Source: Setoptus koraiensis (lineage: Eukaryota; Animalia; Arthropoda). From it: 64,000 nucleotides of DNA. The notes under the pieces are model-generated. The model was not told the DNA's origin. It saw only the letters and a program-made list of their open reading frames with translations, and made no database searches. The stretch spans positions 16,120,001-16,184,000 of the forward strand of contig CM106586.1 of assembly GCA_048013815.1 (NCBI GenBank). Direction: 5' to 3'. The translations under genes were made by a program, and so were the position numbers. Below are positions 1 to 11,700 of the stretch, piece by piece (within the stretch, counting starts at the first letter, position 1; every line of letters begins with the position of its first letter).

Positions 1-2
1 GA

Positions 3-515
3 GGAGTTGGCGGTTGGCAAGGTAATTCGAATGTAAACTACAATGTCAATTCTCAATCACCTGCCGGGCAACCCATCTACGGACCTCCGCAACCAGTTAC
101 AGGAGGCGGACCAGGAACGCCTGGCATAATGCCAAGCCCACAGGGTTCTGGTCCATATTCACCAGCAACAACTGCACCTGTCAGAGACACTACACCCAGT
201 AGCCAAGATGGCGGACAAGGAATCTATATGATGAAAAATGTACCTAGTGGAAATCCCATGGGCCAACCTAATTTTGGTCCCATGAGCGGACCCAGCGGTA
301 TGGGCTCGATGATGATGCCGGAAAACATGATGGAACCGGTGAAAAGTTCTCCAGCTTCGCCTAGACCTGATGATTATGCTATCCCTAGTTATGACCAAGA
401 GAATGATCAACAGAGTGAATCCGCTGAGGTCTTAAAATTAAAACAGAATTTACAGGAGGAAGCCAAAAAGCTTACGTACGATAAAGAACAGACAAACGAG
501 TACGACACGTACTGA
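3..515 (+). CDS. Ssdp: Single-stranded DNA-binding protein Ssdp/SSBP2-4 homologue, C-terminal part (5' end lies outside the window)
   Basis: The frame is open from base 3 (GVGGWQGNSNVNY...GGGPGTPGIMPSPQ) to the stop at 515. The Gly/Pro/Met-rich GPGTPxIMPSP motif and the terminal ENDQQSESAEVLKLKQNLQEEAKK resemble the arthropod Ssdp C-terminus (ENDQxESAAILKIKESMQEEAKR). Confidence 0.8.
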   Translation, partial: GVGGWQGNSNVNYNVNSQSPAGQPIYGPPQPVTGGGPGTPGIMPSPQGSGPYSPATTAPVRDTTPSSQDGGQGIYMMKNVPSGNPMGQPNFGPMSGPSGMGSMMMPENMMEPVKSSPASPRPDDYAIPSYDQENDQQSESAEVLKLKQNLQEEAKKLTYDKEQTNEYDTY

Positions 516-923
516 CAAAACAATTAAACAAAAAAAAAGACGAAGCAAAATTAAATACGGCATCTTGAAAGTGCGAAAAATGTGATCATTTTGCGCACCG
601 TTTAGACCGTTTTACTGTAGATGGATTCGATAAATTCTATTTATCAGGTGGCAAAATCAATAATAAGAAATATTCTCTATAATAATAAAAAAAAATGTAT
701 ATCAATCTAGCTTAATGATCTCATCTCTTTTTTATTCGTTTGTCGGATGCTTGACATAGAACTGCCATATTGTTGACAACTTAGCCTTATTTAACACATT
801 CACCTGATTAATTGTCCGTTGAGGTACTGTGAATTGGGTTTCAATTCAAGACAAAAGTATGCTGCACTAGCAGATAATGAATTCCCTCAGATTTAAACCG
901 AACGCGACGTCGTGATCATCAAC

Positions 924-1481
924 TCATCTTCCATGATGTATGGTGTGATGGACTTTTGCCGCCATGTTGTGGACTGTTTTGTGGACAGTTTTGTGGATCA
1001 ACTTTCGTAACTTTTTCTTTTTCTTGTCCTTCTTTTTCATTGCTTTCTTGTTTGCCTTGGTTATGGCATCTAAGAATCTAGGCCTAGATTCGCCATAACT
1101 ACTCGAATTGAGGGGAAACTCTATCATGCTTCCGATGACACTGTTTTCTAGTTGGGTCGTGTTGTTCGAGTTGACTCGTTCAAGATCCATGACATTCCTC
1201 GTATGCCCGATTTCTTTTTGTTCTTTTGTCTCAAATTTCACCATTGGTAGTTGATCGACAGTTTGCGTTTTGTAGCCACTTTTTTGTTCACCGGTGTTGT
1301 TTTCCAAATGTTTGCTGTCGACCTCACCATGAGAGGCCCATCTCGCTAGCAACAATTTCTTTCCATCTGATACAGACTCCTCTTGATTGGTTGGCGAAAG
1401 AAGAGTACTGAGGTAAAGAGATGTGAGCATAAATCTCAGTAAAAATGTGCAATTTCGATGGGAGTTTTTTGGACCGAACAT
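924..1481 (-). CDS. Hypothetical 185-aa protein with a hydrophobic N-terminal stretch and a Lys/His-rich C-terminus
   Basis: ATG-initiated ORF with a possible signal peptide (FLLRFMLTSLYLSTLLSP) and a KKKDKKKKKLRKLIHK...HHTIHHGR tail. No family recognised. Confidence 0.45.
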   Translation of the reverse strand: MFGPKNSHRNCTFLLRFMLTSLYLSTLLSPTNQEESVSDGKKLLLARWASHGEVDSKHLENNTGEQKSGYKTQTVDQLPMVKFETKEQKEIGHTRNVMDLERVNSNNTTQLENSVIGSMIEFPLNSSSYGESRPRFLDAITKANKKAMKKKDKKKKKLRKLIHKTVHKTVHNMAAKVHHTIHHGR

Positions 1482-2042
1482 CTTTGTTGAGTGCTGATTT
1501 CATCAAGAAACAGTTTCCTCGTCTCATCCGGGAAGCTGAATCTCGCAGGAATAAGTTTATGCATTTTGGTTGTCAGTATCTGTAGATTTACATAGAGACA
1601 TAGATGTGAAATAGTATTTATAATAGTTATATAATATTGCCAACTTAAGCGGTCTACCGGTCTGTCATCGCGCGGGCTGCAACACTGAACACACATTCAC
1701 GTATCTACTAATTAGCGCTAATTACTAAAACAAACATTCGCTCAACTTTTTCATAAAAAGAGAACTCGCAACAACAAAAACAAAACTGTCAAGATTCATT
1801 CGAGGTGGGTTCTAAATCAAATCACATCGACCGAGCTTGATGGCTATGACACGAAATGCAACCAGCAATAATTACTGATAATATATTATTATTAACTCAT
1901 TCACAAAGTTCCGAGACTAGAGAATGTATTCATCTCACTTTAATATCAGGAAGATTCTTATTATTATTTGATTTTTATTGATATGAAGTTGTACCTTAAC
2001 TTTTTTGACACTTTAACAAGTAAAAAGAATACCATTGTTGTT

Positions 2043-5000
2043 TCATACAATACGCAAATCTCTTAGGTAGCCTCTTATAGCTGTATCCTCCAACAATTTG
2101 TTTGTAATATCCTTGAAGTTGAATTGAGCCGCTTTCGAGTACTTAAGTTCAAGATCAGTAATAAAGGATAAAAGCTTTTGCAAAGCCAGAAGAAGCGCCG
2201 ATCTTCTCTCCTGTGTCAGTCTGTTGTTACTAATATACTGTTTGAATATTATCACAATTTCTTCAATCATGGCTGGCGATAACTCGTACTTTGAACGGAA
2301 GTCGCGCAAATACGTCCAATCGCCACCTAATATGACTATGTTAAATAGAGCCTGGCACCATGACTGGTGATTATTATAAACCTCGGCCACTATAATAGAT
2401 TGGTTGAACTTCTGATTGCGAACCAAAAATTCAACAACTTTAGTTGTACTTAAATTAATCACACATGTACCGGAAGGCAATAGAAATAGCTGTAGAGCAA
2501 TCAATTCGGCATATCTTTCGCATGCATTGGCCCGACTGTAACAACCTGCTTGTAAGTAGCTTTCAGCTGCGGCCGCAAATTCGTTGAGAATATCCTTCAG
2601 ACTGACTTTGACGATTGCTTGGTCGTTAATATCGGTTAATTGTTTCAATTTGTTCATTGCATTTGATTCCTTGCTGTCGGCAAAATCTCTAAACATTCTC
2701 AAGTCCAAGGCAACATTCGGATAGGTATCTTTATCACGTTTCAAGTAATTCAATAAGGCCACCCTCAATTGGGGAGACTTCTCTACGTTGTTGCTCAACA
2801 GAAGATCAAGATTGTTATTCTCACGCAACAGATCAAATATGTAAGTCATTTCTGAGTAGCGTCCGATAGAGGTAAGTAGCTTGATAATGAAATTAGTTTG
2901 ATTTTTGGGCGCCAATAAGTATAGAATCAATGATTTTGTTTTCCTCAGAACCATTGCAATTCCTTGAATGTCGCACGACAATGTAAAACATTCATGACTT
3001 TTTATGTACAATTGCACTATCAACATCATATCAGTGTTGGTTATGGCCGGTGTCGCATTAGAGTCAGACGAATCGGATGGATTTGTGATGGTATATAAAC
3101 TGTTACTGTGATCCAAAAGTTTGTGCCCCAAAACTGATGGGTCTCTCATGAGACGGACCAAACTGAAGAAGTGTGCTGTAGAATCACCGCCTAATACAAC
3201 TTTATTTCCTGGAGTATCGTGAATTTTTTGCGCCTTCATTGATGAAATAAGTTCATTGCAAATGAAATTTGCCAATTCTTCATCTTTCATATTGCTCGAA
3301 GCTATCAATTCTTTGGCTAACATCGAGGCCTCATTGTTGACTGTCGCTATGGCAATCAGATATTTGATCAATAACGAAATGTCCTCTTCTTCAACTATTT
3401 GAGTGTAAGACTTCTTCAATACAGTAGATATTCTAAAATATAACAATATTCTATCACATGATTTCTTGCCGAATTTCACTATTGAACAATTGTTATGGAT
3501 TCTAGCTACTATAGAATTGAAGTCTTCGTTTATAATAGGGGCATTTTCACTTGCCGTGGGTAGTCCAATAGAAGTGAAACTATCTTCTGAGGATGTTGTT
3601 TCAGCGTTGCTCGACTCGATTGTTCTAGTTGGCGGGGTGTGATGCGATGATTGTTGCGAAGATCCCGTTTGCGATCCTTTGACACCGTAAACTTTCGACA
3701 AAGTTTCCGTTGATTTGAATGACGAATTAGAGTCGGCGTTCGCACTCATAACTAAGGGATGATATTTATTCTTTCTAGCCAAGGCATCGCACACTATAAT
3801 AAGTCTGAACTCATCGGGCAATGTGTCGAGCGAGGTGATCAACCTAAGAGCCCAATTCAAACAGGCGTTACTGGCTAGTCTGTCCACAATGGAACCAAGA
3901 GCTTCAGCGGACATCTTTGCTGGCTTTGGAGTAATAGTTCTTGCTTTTGAATTCTTGAAGTTATTCTTGGACTTCAAGATTGACACTAGATAGTTCCATA
4001 ATGTCGCTATCTGGTCTGAATTTTGTTCATTAAACAGATGCGATGACGATTCTAGTTCTATCAGATTTGACCAAAAGTATGACTCCAGATCCAACTCTTG
4101 AACTGACGTGTCCTCTAAACACTTCATCAGAATCCAGGCCTTGATGAATAGCGAGTCTAATGAGTCTGGTTGTAGTAATGGTATATTAAGAAATGTTTTT
4201 GCTATAACATCTGTAGGTATATCTATGTTGAGGCGTAAATCGTCGAAACAAGACTGCCAAAAAGTGGAGTTTTGTTTACCATTTTGAGCCTTCTTTAGCC
4301 ACTCTTTCAATGCCACATTCTGTATAGGTATGGCTGCATATCTGGCAAATTCTCTTGCTTTATCGAATTGACCTTTGTCGTGAAAAGAATCAATCAGGAT
4401 GTCTATGTGTTCCGACTTCAATGGAAGCATTTCATCGCCAACGAATTGATGTTGTTCGTGATCTTGATTCAGAAGCCATTCGACATTGAAGGATATTCCT
4501 GCGTCAAGCAGACATTTACACATCAGGTACAAACGATTTATATTGGGTACGTCGTTGTTGTCCCGAAACAGACATTGAAGTCGTGAAACATCATAGTAAC
4601 TCAAAATTAATGTCAACTCAAAATAATCTTCACACATCAACAATGAATTCCTGGTTATTATTTTAGCGACCCTCTCAGTCCAATCCTTTCTGTTCAATAT
4701 GAATGTATTAAATTGTGTCATTCTCTCAAAATATTGCCATATATTGTTCTGGAATGAGCGCAATTTATCCATTTGACTCTTACCATGATAGTCCTTCTCT
4801 ACCATGAATTGCAATATAAACTCCACTAGATCTACAAGGGGCGATTGCACATCCGTGAATATACGTATTGCCATGGAGAATTTGCTGAGTTTCTCAGTGG
4901 TTCGTAACAAAAGATTGAGCATCTTCAACGAGGATTGCTCAGTCCAATCATAGATGCGCGCTTGAACGACATTATTGACTCTATTATCTTGAAGCTGGGC

Positions 5001-8000
5001 GGATTTCTTGTCCAAATTTCCATTATGCTGAGCTAATAGTTGATCTTTGAGGGTGTCATTGTCGACTAAAGAAATGAGATAACAACAGAATGCGTTAAAC
5101 TTAATGCTTTCATCATTATAACCATAAACTGAAGCAGCCACTAACGATAGTATGGGATTCGACAGGTATACACTAGCTGTGAGCAAATTTTTCCATGTTT
5201 GATCATTGTGAATTGATTGATTTTGTTGACAACTCAGTATCAAACCAAACAGATCCTTTGGTGCCTTTGCTAGATTCAAAATGAATGCAGCGGTCAGATG
5301 GTCCTCATGTGATGATGCGCTCGCGTTAAAACATGACGACTTACTGTCTTGCATCGGATAAGAGAAAGAGCCCGAGCTGGTTGAGGTTGTTGGTTCAGGT
5401 GTCTCGCTATTTTCAGTGGCGAAACTCATCAGTGATTCACCCTCATCCTTGTACGAAGGCATCAAGAGTGTACTCAAAGTCGACCTAGTAGGCTCGGACC
5501 TAGAGGGAGTTTCCATATTGACACAAATTTTTAGCGCATCTTGTGAGCTTTTCTTCTGGGGTGCGGAATGAGATTTAATTGTTGCCTGTGTCGTTCGACT
5601 ATCTGTGGCAACTCGTCTGGAAATGTCTCTTGCTTCTAGATCATCAGTGTGTATCTTATTGACATGGCGAATCATGTGGGCACTTTGGAAAGCTTTGCCT
5701 AAATGATCCGCTATACAGTCATTGCTGAATGATGATAAAGATTTCATAACTACATCTTGCGGATACTGATACATCTGGGCGAACAGGGTCATCAAAAACC
5801 ATGCGTCATTTTGACCACATTTAATTAAGAACTCGTTTGGCCAGCCCAGATTGTGATAATTTGCAAAATCAACAATCACTTTCCATTCAACGCATTCCTC
5901 AATGGTGGGTTTCGATTCTGAGCTAAATGAACGAGAAGAGTTTTGCTGCTGCTTCTTTAAGTGCTTGTTACTGATGGCTGTTACTAGTAACTGCATTAGT
6001 TTTGTCGCAGATTTCCAACTTTCGTCTGACTCTTTGTCGGTGGCACGACGAAGTAAGTGTCCTAATGTATGCTGTTGGTCTCTCGGTGCTAAAGCAATAA
6101 AATTGATTGCGTGATTGTTTATGATATCGGCCACTGTTAAATGAAGTCTCAAATCTCTTGATGATCCTATCCTGATTAACTCGTGAAATACAACGCACGC
6201 TGAAGTTATCCGTAGATCTTGACTGTTGAAGCAAGCAAGCATAAACGATTTTCTCAGAGCCAAATTAACAATTGATTGCTGATTCTGTTGGCTATTGTTC
6301 TCTTCAGATTTAAAAGATTGATATGCCTCTAAGGGTCGGCCTAGAGTGAGATAAAAGCCATAGGTCAGATGGGCCTCTAAGCCATACAGCGATACTAGTT
6401 TAGGGTGACAAAAATGGGGCAACTCGGTAAACCTAGTCCGATCGTGACCACTATGATGGTTACCCCTATCTTGCTGCCCTGTAAACATTTGTGGCGATTT
6501 TGCAGGTAATCCAACAACTTCCAACAAATCGTACATAGAGTTGCCAGCTACTTGAGCATTTGAAAGCATTCTCTCGGAACATGAAGCACTGGCTTGCTTT
6601 AGGAAAGCGTCAGCCAACAACGAGCAATGTTTCTTGAGAGAGTCGAAGAATTTGCTCAGATTGTTGATTTGATATTGCTCATATCTATCTATTGCCAGTA
6701 GATAGATCACACATCCTAGTTCCAATTGTTTTCTGTCTAAGAATACATTCATATCTATATTGACAGAATCTTTTTCTACTTGAGAGACTTTCCATGAATC
6801 ATGAGATATACTGAATTGAGTGGTTGCATTTTCATTGATATCGCTAAGTTGTATTATTATTCTCATAAGATAATCACAATATCTTTTAGTGTTATTTTTT
6901 GGTGAAGACTTGGACCAATTTAGAAACAAGATCAGTAGATTGAAAGTTTGCTTCTGCACTGACGAAGATGGATTACACTGCTTCAAATTATCCATAGTGA
7001 GACCAAACGAATCTTTCAAAGAATCCTCTAGATACCAGTAAAGGACATCTAGATTGTGTTGCAACAGATGCTCGGTGAGTTGAATCTGAAATTTGTCGAA
7101 TCTAATTGAAGAACCAGGCAAGTTAGTTACGTTATCTCTGCGGCTTTCAAAGATCATTAGTCTTAAGTCTTGATTATTGCATTCATCAAGACTTGCTCTG
7201 GCCATTCGTGCCAGGACCAAATTGAACTGTGCCAATTCTCTTGTGGATATTAATCCACTGACTATAGATAGATTCAACAACTTTACCTTTGTCTCTATCG
7301 AGCAAGCGGCCTCATCGCAGTAGTCGATCATTTCCTGTGATATTCGCCACCCAAAAGGAAAATCGTTATAACATACATCCTTAGATGTTGAATTCCTGTG
7401 AAGCCAAGTAGTCAAAAATTCAACGTCACTACAATCTACTAGATACCTCCATAATATATCCGGCTTGACAAGTTTACGACACTTAGCTCTGACATTTGGT
7501 ATAGATGACTTCAAACCCGAGTGAAAAATCTCACACCTGCTATAGTCATCTTTCGACCTCATTGACTCTATGCTCAATTTTGGTGGATTAGCTAGTGGGG
7601 AGTGAATTGTGGATGATGCGGAAGCTTGATCTACATTACTGGTAGAGATGTTGTCGTTTTCTGTAGTAGCCAAAACCATGTCGATTAGATCCGATAATTC
7701 AATATCATGCTGAGTTATTGATTGTCGACTTTGGAGCACTTTTTTAAGATAAACTCTTAATTTACTATCAACAGTCTGATAGAAGATATCTTTAAGTGTG
7801 AGATTGACATCATCGCCAATTTGCTTGATAATATCTTCGGCTAAGCTGAGTTGCATTTGCCCGAGTGCATTCAACACCATAGTCATGCATTTGGATTTTA
7901 TGGCTGGCCATGAAGATTGTTGTCTAGTAATATAATCTTTAGCAAGCATGGATTGGATAAGAGGTAGGCAAGAGTTTTGAACTGCTCGCTCAATGGCATC

Positions 8001-8789
8001 ATCCGCAGATATGTAACTACTGCCGGTATCAAAAGTGCAATCAGTATCGTCTATAGATTGTGTGGATACATCATGATGCTGTTGCTCTCGGTCGTGGCTT
8101 TGCTCTGGTTTGAATTTCAGAATGTAACCACCGGGAATGATATGATTGCTGGATGATGTTGCAGATTGGCTTATTGTTAGATTGGCTGTGGCGCTACTAG
8201 AATTCGTTGATAATGACATCGATTGTGACAATTGATCTACATTACTAGAAATTTCACGTTGACTAGATGTTTGTGCGAATCGATGGGACAGTTGATGTTG
8301 ATGCTGTTGGGGCGATATGTCATAGATGAGTCTTTTCGTCTTGCGCAAAGTGATGAATATCCTTGAATTATCTTTGAGCATTCGTTCTTTCAGACTGGAT
8401 AAACGGATGTCATCGTCCTCTTGATGTCTGTCGCCGCCGTGCAGAACCTCCAAAAGTTTACCCAGACATTTTAGTGAAACAGAAACAATCTGACTAATGA
8501 ATTTTCTGTCTTGGTGATACTTAGGCAGTTTGTGTAAAGAATCGTTAACAAAACGCTCAATATCATCGTAGTATCGCGTGAATCTAACCAGTTGCCTCTC
8601 GAGTTGTCTCAGTCCTTCCTCATAGTCTCTGCGGCGATTTTTCTCATACGAGGTCAAATTGAGTATTAGATTAGTTAGCTCTTGGCTCTTGGTGACTAGA
8701 AACAAATTGGCGCACGTCAAATTTTTGTTCTTTAGGCAAAACTTCAAGATAGCCGAGTCGTTTTCGATCTCTTGGCTGGTGATGGACAT
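2043..8789 (-). CDS. SPG11: Spatacsin (SPG11), single 6.7-kb coding exon
   Basis: Uninterrupted ORF of about 2250 aa. The C-terminal block QLYIKSHECFTLSCDIQGIAMVL...KLLTSIGRYSEMTYIFDLL matches the spatacsin C domain (HxCFTLxCxxEGI...LLTGIGRYNEMTYIFDLL). The first in-frame ATG is at 8789; the ORF-track start at 8831 is TTG. Confidence 0.92.
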   Translation of the reverse strand: MSITSQEIENDSAILKFCLKNKNLTCANLFLVTKSQELTNLILNLTSYEKNRRRDYEEGLRQLERQLVRFTRYYDDIERFVNDSLHKLPKYHQDRKFISQIVSVSLKCLGKLLEVLHGGDRHQEDDDIRLSSLKERMLKDNSRIFITLRKTKRLIYDISPQQHQHQLSHRFAQTSSQREISSNVDQLSQSMSLSTNSSSATANLTISQSATSSSNHIIPGGYILKFKPEQSHDREQQHHDVSTQSIDDTDCTFDTGSSYISADDAIERAVQNSCLPLIQSMLAKDYITRQQSSWPAIKSKCMTMVLNALGQMQLSLAEDIIKQIGDDVNLTLKDIFYQTVDSKLRVYLKKVLQSRQSITQHDIELSDLIDMVLATTENDNISTSNVDQASASSTIHSPLANPPKLSIESMRSKDDYSRCEIFHSGLKSSIPNVRAKCRKLVKPDILWRYLVDCSDVEFLTTWLHRNSTSKDVCYNDFPFGWRISQEMIDYCDEAACSIETKVKLLNLSIVSGLISTRELAQFNLVLARMARASLDECNNQDLRLMIFESRRDNVTNLPGSSIRFDKFQIQLTEHLLQHNLDVLYWYLEDSLKDSFGLTMDNLKQCNPSSSVQKQTFNLLILFLNWSKSSPKNNTKRYCDYLMRIIIQLSDINENATTQFSISHDSWKVSQVEKDSVNIDMNVFLDRKQLELGCVIYLLAIDRYEQYQINNLSKFFDSLKKHCSLLADAFLKQASASCSERMLSNAQVAGNSMYDLLEVVGLPAKSPQMFTGQQDRGNHHSGHDRTRFTELPHFCHPKLVSLYGLEAHLTYGFYLTLGRPLEAYQSFKSEENNSQQNQQSIVNLALRKSFMLACFNSQDLRITSACVVFHELIRIGSSRDLRLHLTVADIINNHAINFIALAPRDQQHTLGHLLRRATDKESDESWKSATKLMQLLVTAISNKHLKKQQQNSSRSFSSESKPTIEECVEWKVIVDFANYHNLGWPNEFLIKCGQNDAWFLMTLFAQMYQYPQDVVMKSLSSFSNDCIADHLGKAFQSAHMIRHVNKIHTDDLEARDISRRVATDSRTTQATIKSHSAPQKKSSQDALKICVNMETPSRSEPTRSTLSTLLMPSYKDEGESLMSFATENSETPEPTTSTSSGSFSYPMQDSKSSCFNASASSHEDHLTAAFILNLAKAPKDLFGLILSCQQNQSIHNDQTWKNLLTASVYLSNPILSLVAASVYGYNDESIKFNAFCCYLISLVDNDTLKDQLLAQHNGNLDKKSAQLQDNRVNNVVQARIYDWTEQSSLKMLNLLLRTTEKLSKFSMAIRIFTDVQSPLVDLVEFILQFMVEKDYHGKSQMDKLRSFQNNIWQYFERMTQFNTFILNRKDWTERVAKIITRNSLLMCEDYFELTLILSYYDVSRLQCLFRDNNDVPNINRLYLMCKCLLDAGISFNVEWLLNQDHEQHQFVGDEMLPLKSEHIDILIDSFHDKGQFDKAREFARYAAIPIQNVALKEWLKKAQNGKQNSTFWQSCFDDLRLNIDIPTDVIAKTFLNIPLLQPDSLDSLFIKAWILMKCLEDTSVQELDLESYFWSNLIELESSSHLFNEQNSDQIATLWNYLVSILKSKNNFKNSKARTITPKPAKMSAEALGSIVDRLASNACLNWALRLITSLDTLPDEFRLIIVCDALARKNKYHPLVMSANADSNSSFKSTETLSKVYGVKGSQTGSSQQSSHHTPPTRTIESSNAETTSSEDSFTSIGLPTASENAPIINEDFNSIVARIHNNCSIVKFGKKSCDRILLYFRISTVLKKSYTQIVEEEDISLLIKYLIAIATVNNEASMLAKELIASSNMKDEELANFICNELISSMKAQKIHDTPGNKVVLGGDSTAHFFSLVRLMRDPSVLGHKLLDHSNSLYTITNPSDSSDSNATPAITNTDMMLIVQLYIKSHECFTLSCDIQGIAMVLRKTKSLILYLLAPKNQTNFIIKLLTSIGRYSEMTYIFDLLRENNNLDLLLSNNVEKSPQLRVALLNYLKRDKDTYPNVALDLRMFRDFADSKESNAMNKLKQLTDINDQAIVKVSLKDILNEFAAAAESYLQAGCYSRANACERYAELIALQLFLLPSGTCVINLSTTKVVEFLVRNQKFNQSIIVAEVYNNHQSWCQALFNIVILGGDWTYLRDFRSKYELSPAMIEEIVIIFKQYISNNRLTQERRSALLLALQKLLSFITDLELKYSKAAQFNFKDITNKLLEDTAIRGYLRDLRIV

Positions 8790-11700
8790 GGTTGAATGGC
8801 ATCGGTAGGACTGTCGTATGTGTGAATGCAAACAATATTAAACAGATCTCCTGCTAGTTAATGAGCATATCTATTACCAGTAATTGAGAATACTAACAAT
8901 TATAAAAATATAACATCAAAATACCGGTTGCAACTGTAACGGAGTTGTTTTGAAAAAATACTTGTGGCTCTACCAATATCAATCGCACGTACCAGATGGG
9001 CCTCGGCAATCAGCTGAGAGAACTTGCACATGAGCAAGATTTAAAAAAGTGCGCGCGAAAAAGTGCTGATTTTTTTCTGTTCAGTTGTTGGCAATCGGTT
9101 GCAAACAAAGATATACCACTGTCCAACAATGCTACAGTTATTGTCAGCATTAATCCGGTTGCACGAGCCTCCTTGGCTGTTATTCGCCGCTAAAAGCGAA
9201 TTACGTCTATCTTATCCGCTGCAACTGAATTATTATTCCAGCAATAATCTAGTTAGCAGCGGTCTCAAAGGTGCGCTTTCGAGCAACTTCCGGTCCATGA
9301 CCATTAAAGAGCCATCTTGTTGGACACGTTGAGGTTCCGTCTCGGTGCACTATCTCATATCTTATGTGCGACAGTGAGCGCGAGAGCAAAAAGAGCGAGA
9401 GAGAGAGAGATACTGTCGAGTGACCATGATTGAGGTGATGATAGTAACACGCTCGAATCAACCCACTTATCCGAGCAAAGTGCCCTTCCCATCGAGTACA
9501 TTGATACATATGGATGAGATGGCATGATACAGTTATAAATAAAGTGGGAGAAAGAGGGAGGCCAAACATATAAAGTGTACAGTGTAGTGCTCTATCAAAC
9601 ATTGGTCCTAGCACTAAACGTTTGATGATGATTTATCTATTTAAGATTTATGACCTCATGAAACGACAAAATGAACAAAATCGAGCGAGCAAACGAAGAT
9701 GATTAGATCATCATTGCGCATGATGATCCGATAGCCCTACACAAGTAAAGTTTAGTGTGCCACGTAGCGCGTGATGGCCCCTTTTATATATGTACCACCA
9801 CCATAGCCACCACAAACCTTTATAAACGTTGAAAGAGGAGCAACTCATTGATATAATAATGACATCTAGAGCATGCGCTATGGTTGCGCAATTCACTATT
9901 GGCAATGATGTATATCAAGCTATTAATATAAGCCCATCTCTCTCTATCTCTCTCTCTCTCTTTCTCAATGACATCATTTTAACCCATTGGCAATTTGTTG
10001 TAGTAGTCGTGAGTTCGTTGCGAATGGAAACACTTAGGCGAGCAAAGAAAGCGAAACAGCTAAACAGTTAGCGCTGGCATTCTGTCACCAGCATTCATAC
10101 AAACAGCACCATAACTTACTTATTCTACCACCACGTGAATGACTTGCGCGAAACATCGTCAAACTTAAAGAAGACCAAGCAATATCAAACAAGAACGAAT
10201 CTCCATCAAAACATAGACGAGCCTCTTTGAGACCGGAAGAACAGTGTTGTCGACCACAGAAAGACCTGCTAGCAAAATAAACTTGAGGAATTATTGCATT
10301 ATCAGCTGGAGCTGACATCTAAGTGAGTATAACTGTATTCGTTTACCTGATGCAAACGAATGAACTAACTCTAGGCACATATATTCCCGCTTGGTACATA
10401 GTACATTCAGCGGATTATGAGACTTTTACATTGACACTTTGTAAGTTTCAGTGTTAGCATTGTCTAGTCATATTGATAATTGGTTAGTTGCGAGTTAGTT
10501 AGTTGCGTAATTGGCCTCGCTGACAACAAATGACTGTCATATATATTTTATTTTAGGTCAGCTGCAGTGACTAGCCAGCTTGCTTGTTAGTCATTTCTAT
10601 CGGCATGAGCTTGAGATTGAGTTACTTTCGCTTAGTTGTCGCCATCACCACAGGCCAAATAATAATCTATCTAGTCTCTCTATTATGAGTATTATTATTA
10701 TTATCATTATTATTATTAATGATGTTAATGGCAACGAAGTGGCGTTGATCCAATTGAAAGAGACAAATTTCATTACTTGCACGACTATTACATCCTTCTC
10801 GTCTATTTGTGTGTGCCTTTCTCAAGCAATACAATTATTACTTTTGTGTCGTCACTTATAATACTACATTCAGCTTGTATTTGTCGTATACTAACTTAGT
10901 ATCTAACTTAGTAATATTCACATGGCCTCGTTCTTGTCGTCGTCTTTATTGTTGTTGACACACAAACTGTGCTAGCATAGTCGACTAATTGTGACTTGCA
11001 GCAATAAAAATTTACTAGCCCACAGCCAGTTATTTAGCTCTAGACAACTCGATGATATGATACGATCTGTGTTTCTGTCGCATTACATTTTAACACCAAC
11101 GACTAGTGTATAATCACCACATCGACATGCTTGTTGGGGCCCGATTGACTGGGCTAATTCAAGTGGTGATACATTATGACGTCGCGTCATAATCACAATG
11201 GCCTATCGCTATAGTCATCACACGATATTGGCTATCTGACAAAAGAGATTGTTGGACGACAAGTTGATACAGGACTGCGAGTGACACTGTCACTGCATAT
11301 ATGCAAGCTCATTAAGTGTTTTAACCGATGATGGCTGATTAATGTGCTGAAAAATGGCTCAACAATGACTGGCGCTCATTAGATGTCGCCCGCGATAAAA
11401 ACTGCTCGATGTATCGCAACCTAATCTTAACAGAAATTCCAACTAGCAGATATGAGGTTGTAGTAAAATTTCATCATTCAATGTTTCATGCAAGTGGAGT
11501 TTGACGACTTAAACTGACGTTTCCGGATTTTGCACTGTCGCACATTTAATATTAGGCTTTGCTACATCAGTCTCCGAGTATCTAGTCTATTAAACCCGAT
11601 AGAGAGCCTCTGTTTCCTAACAGCAGCACCTTTATCCCCGACAACGATCTCGATCAAACGACTTTGAATCGAATTGTACAAATTGATTCGCGAGATGCGA

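Noticed and set aside
867-926. Possible stop-codon readthrough after the 924-1481 ORF (18 further sense codons)
   Set aside because: The TGA-G context is not a readthrough consensus, and the extension length is compatible with chance.
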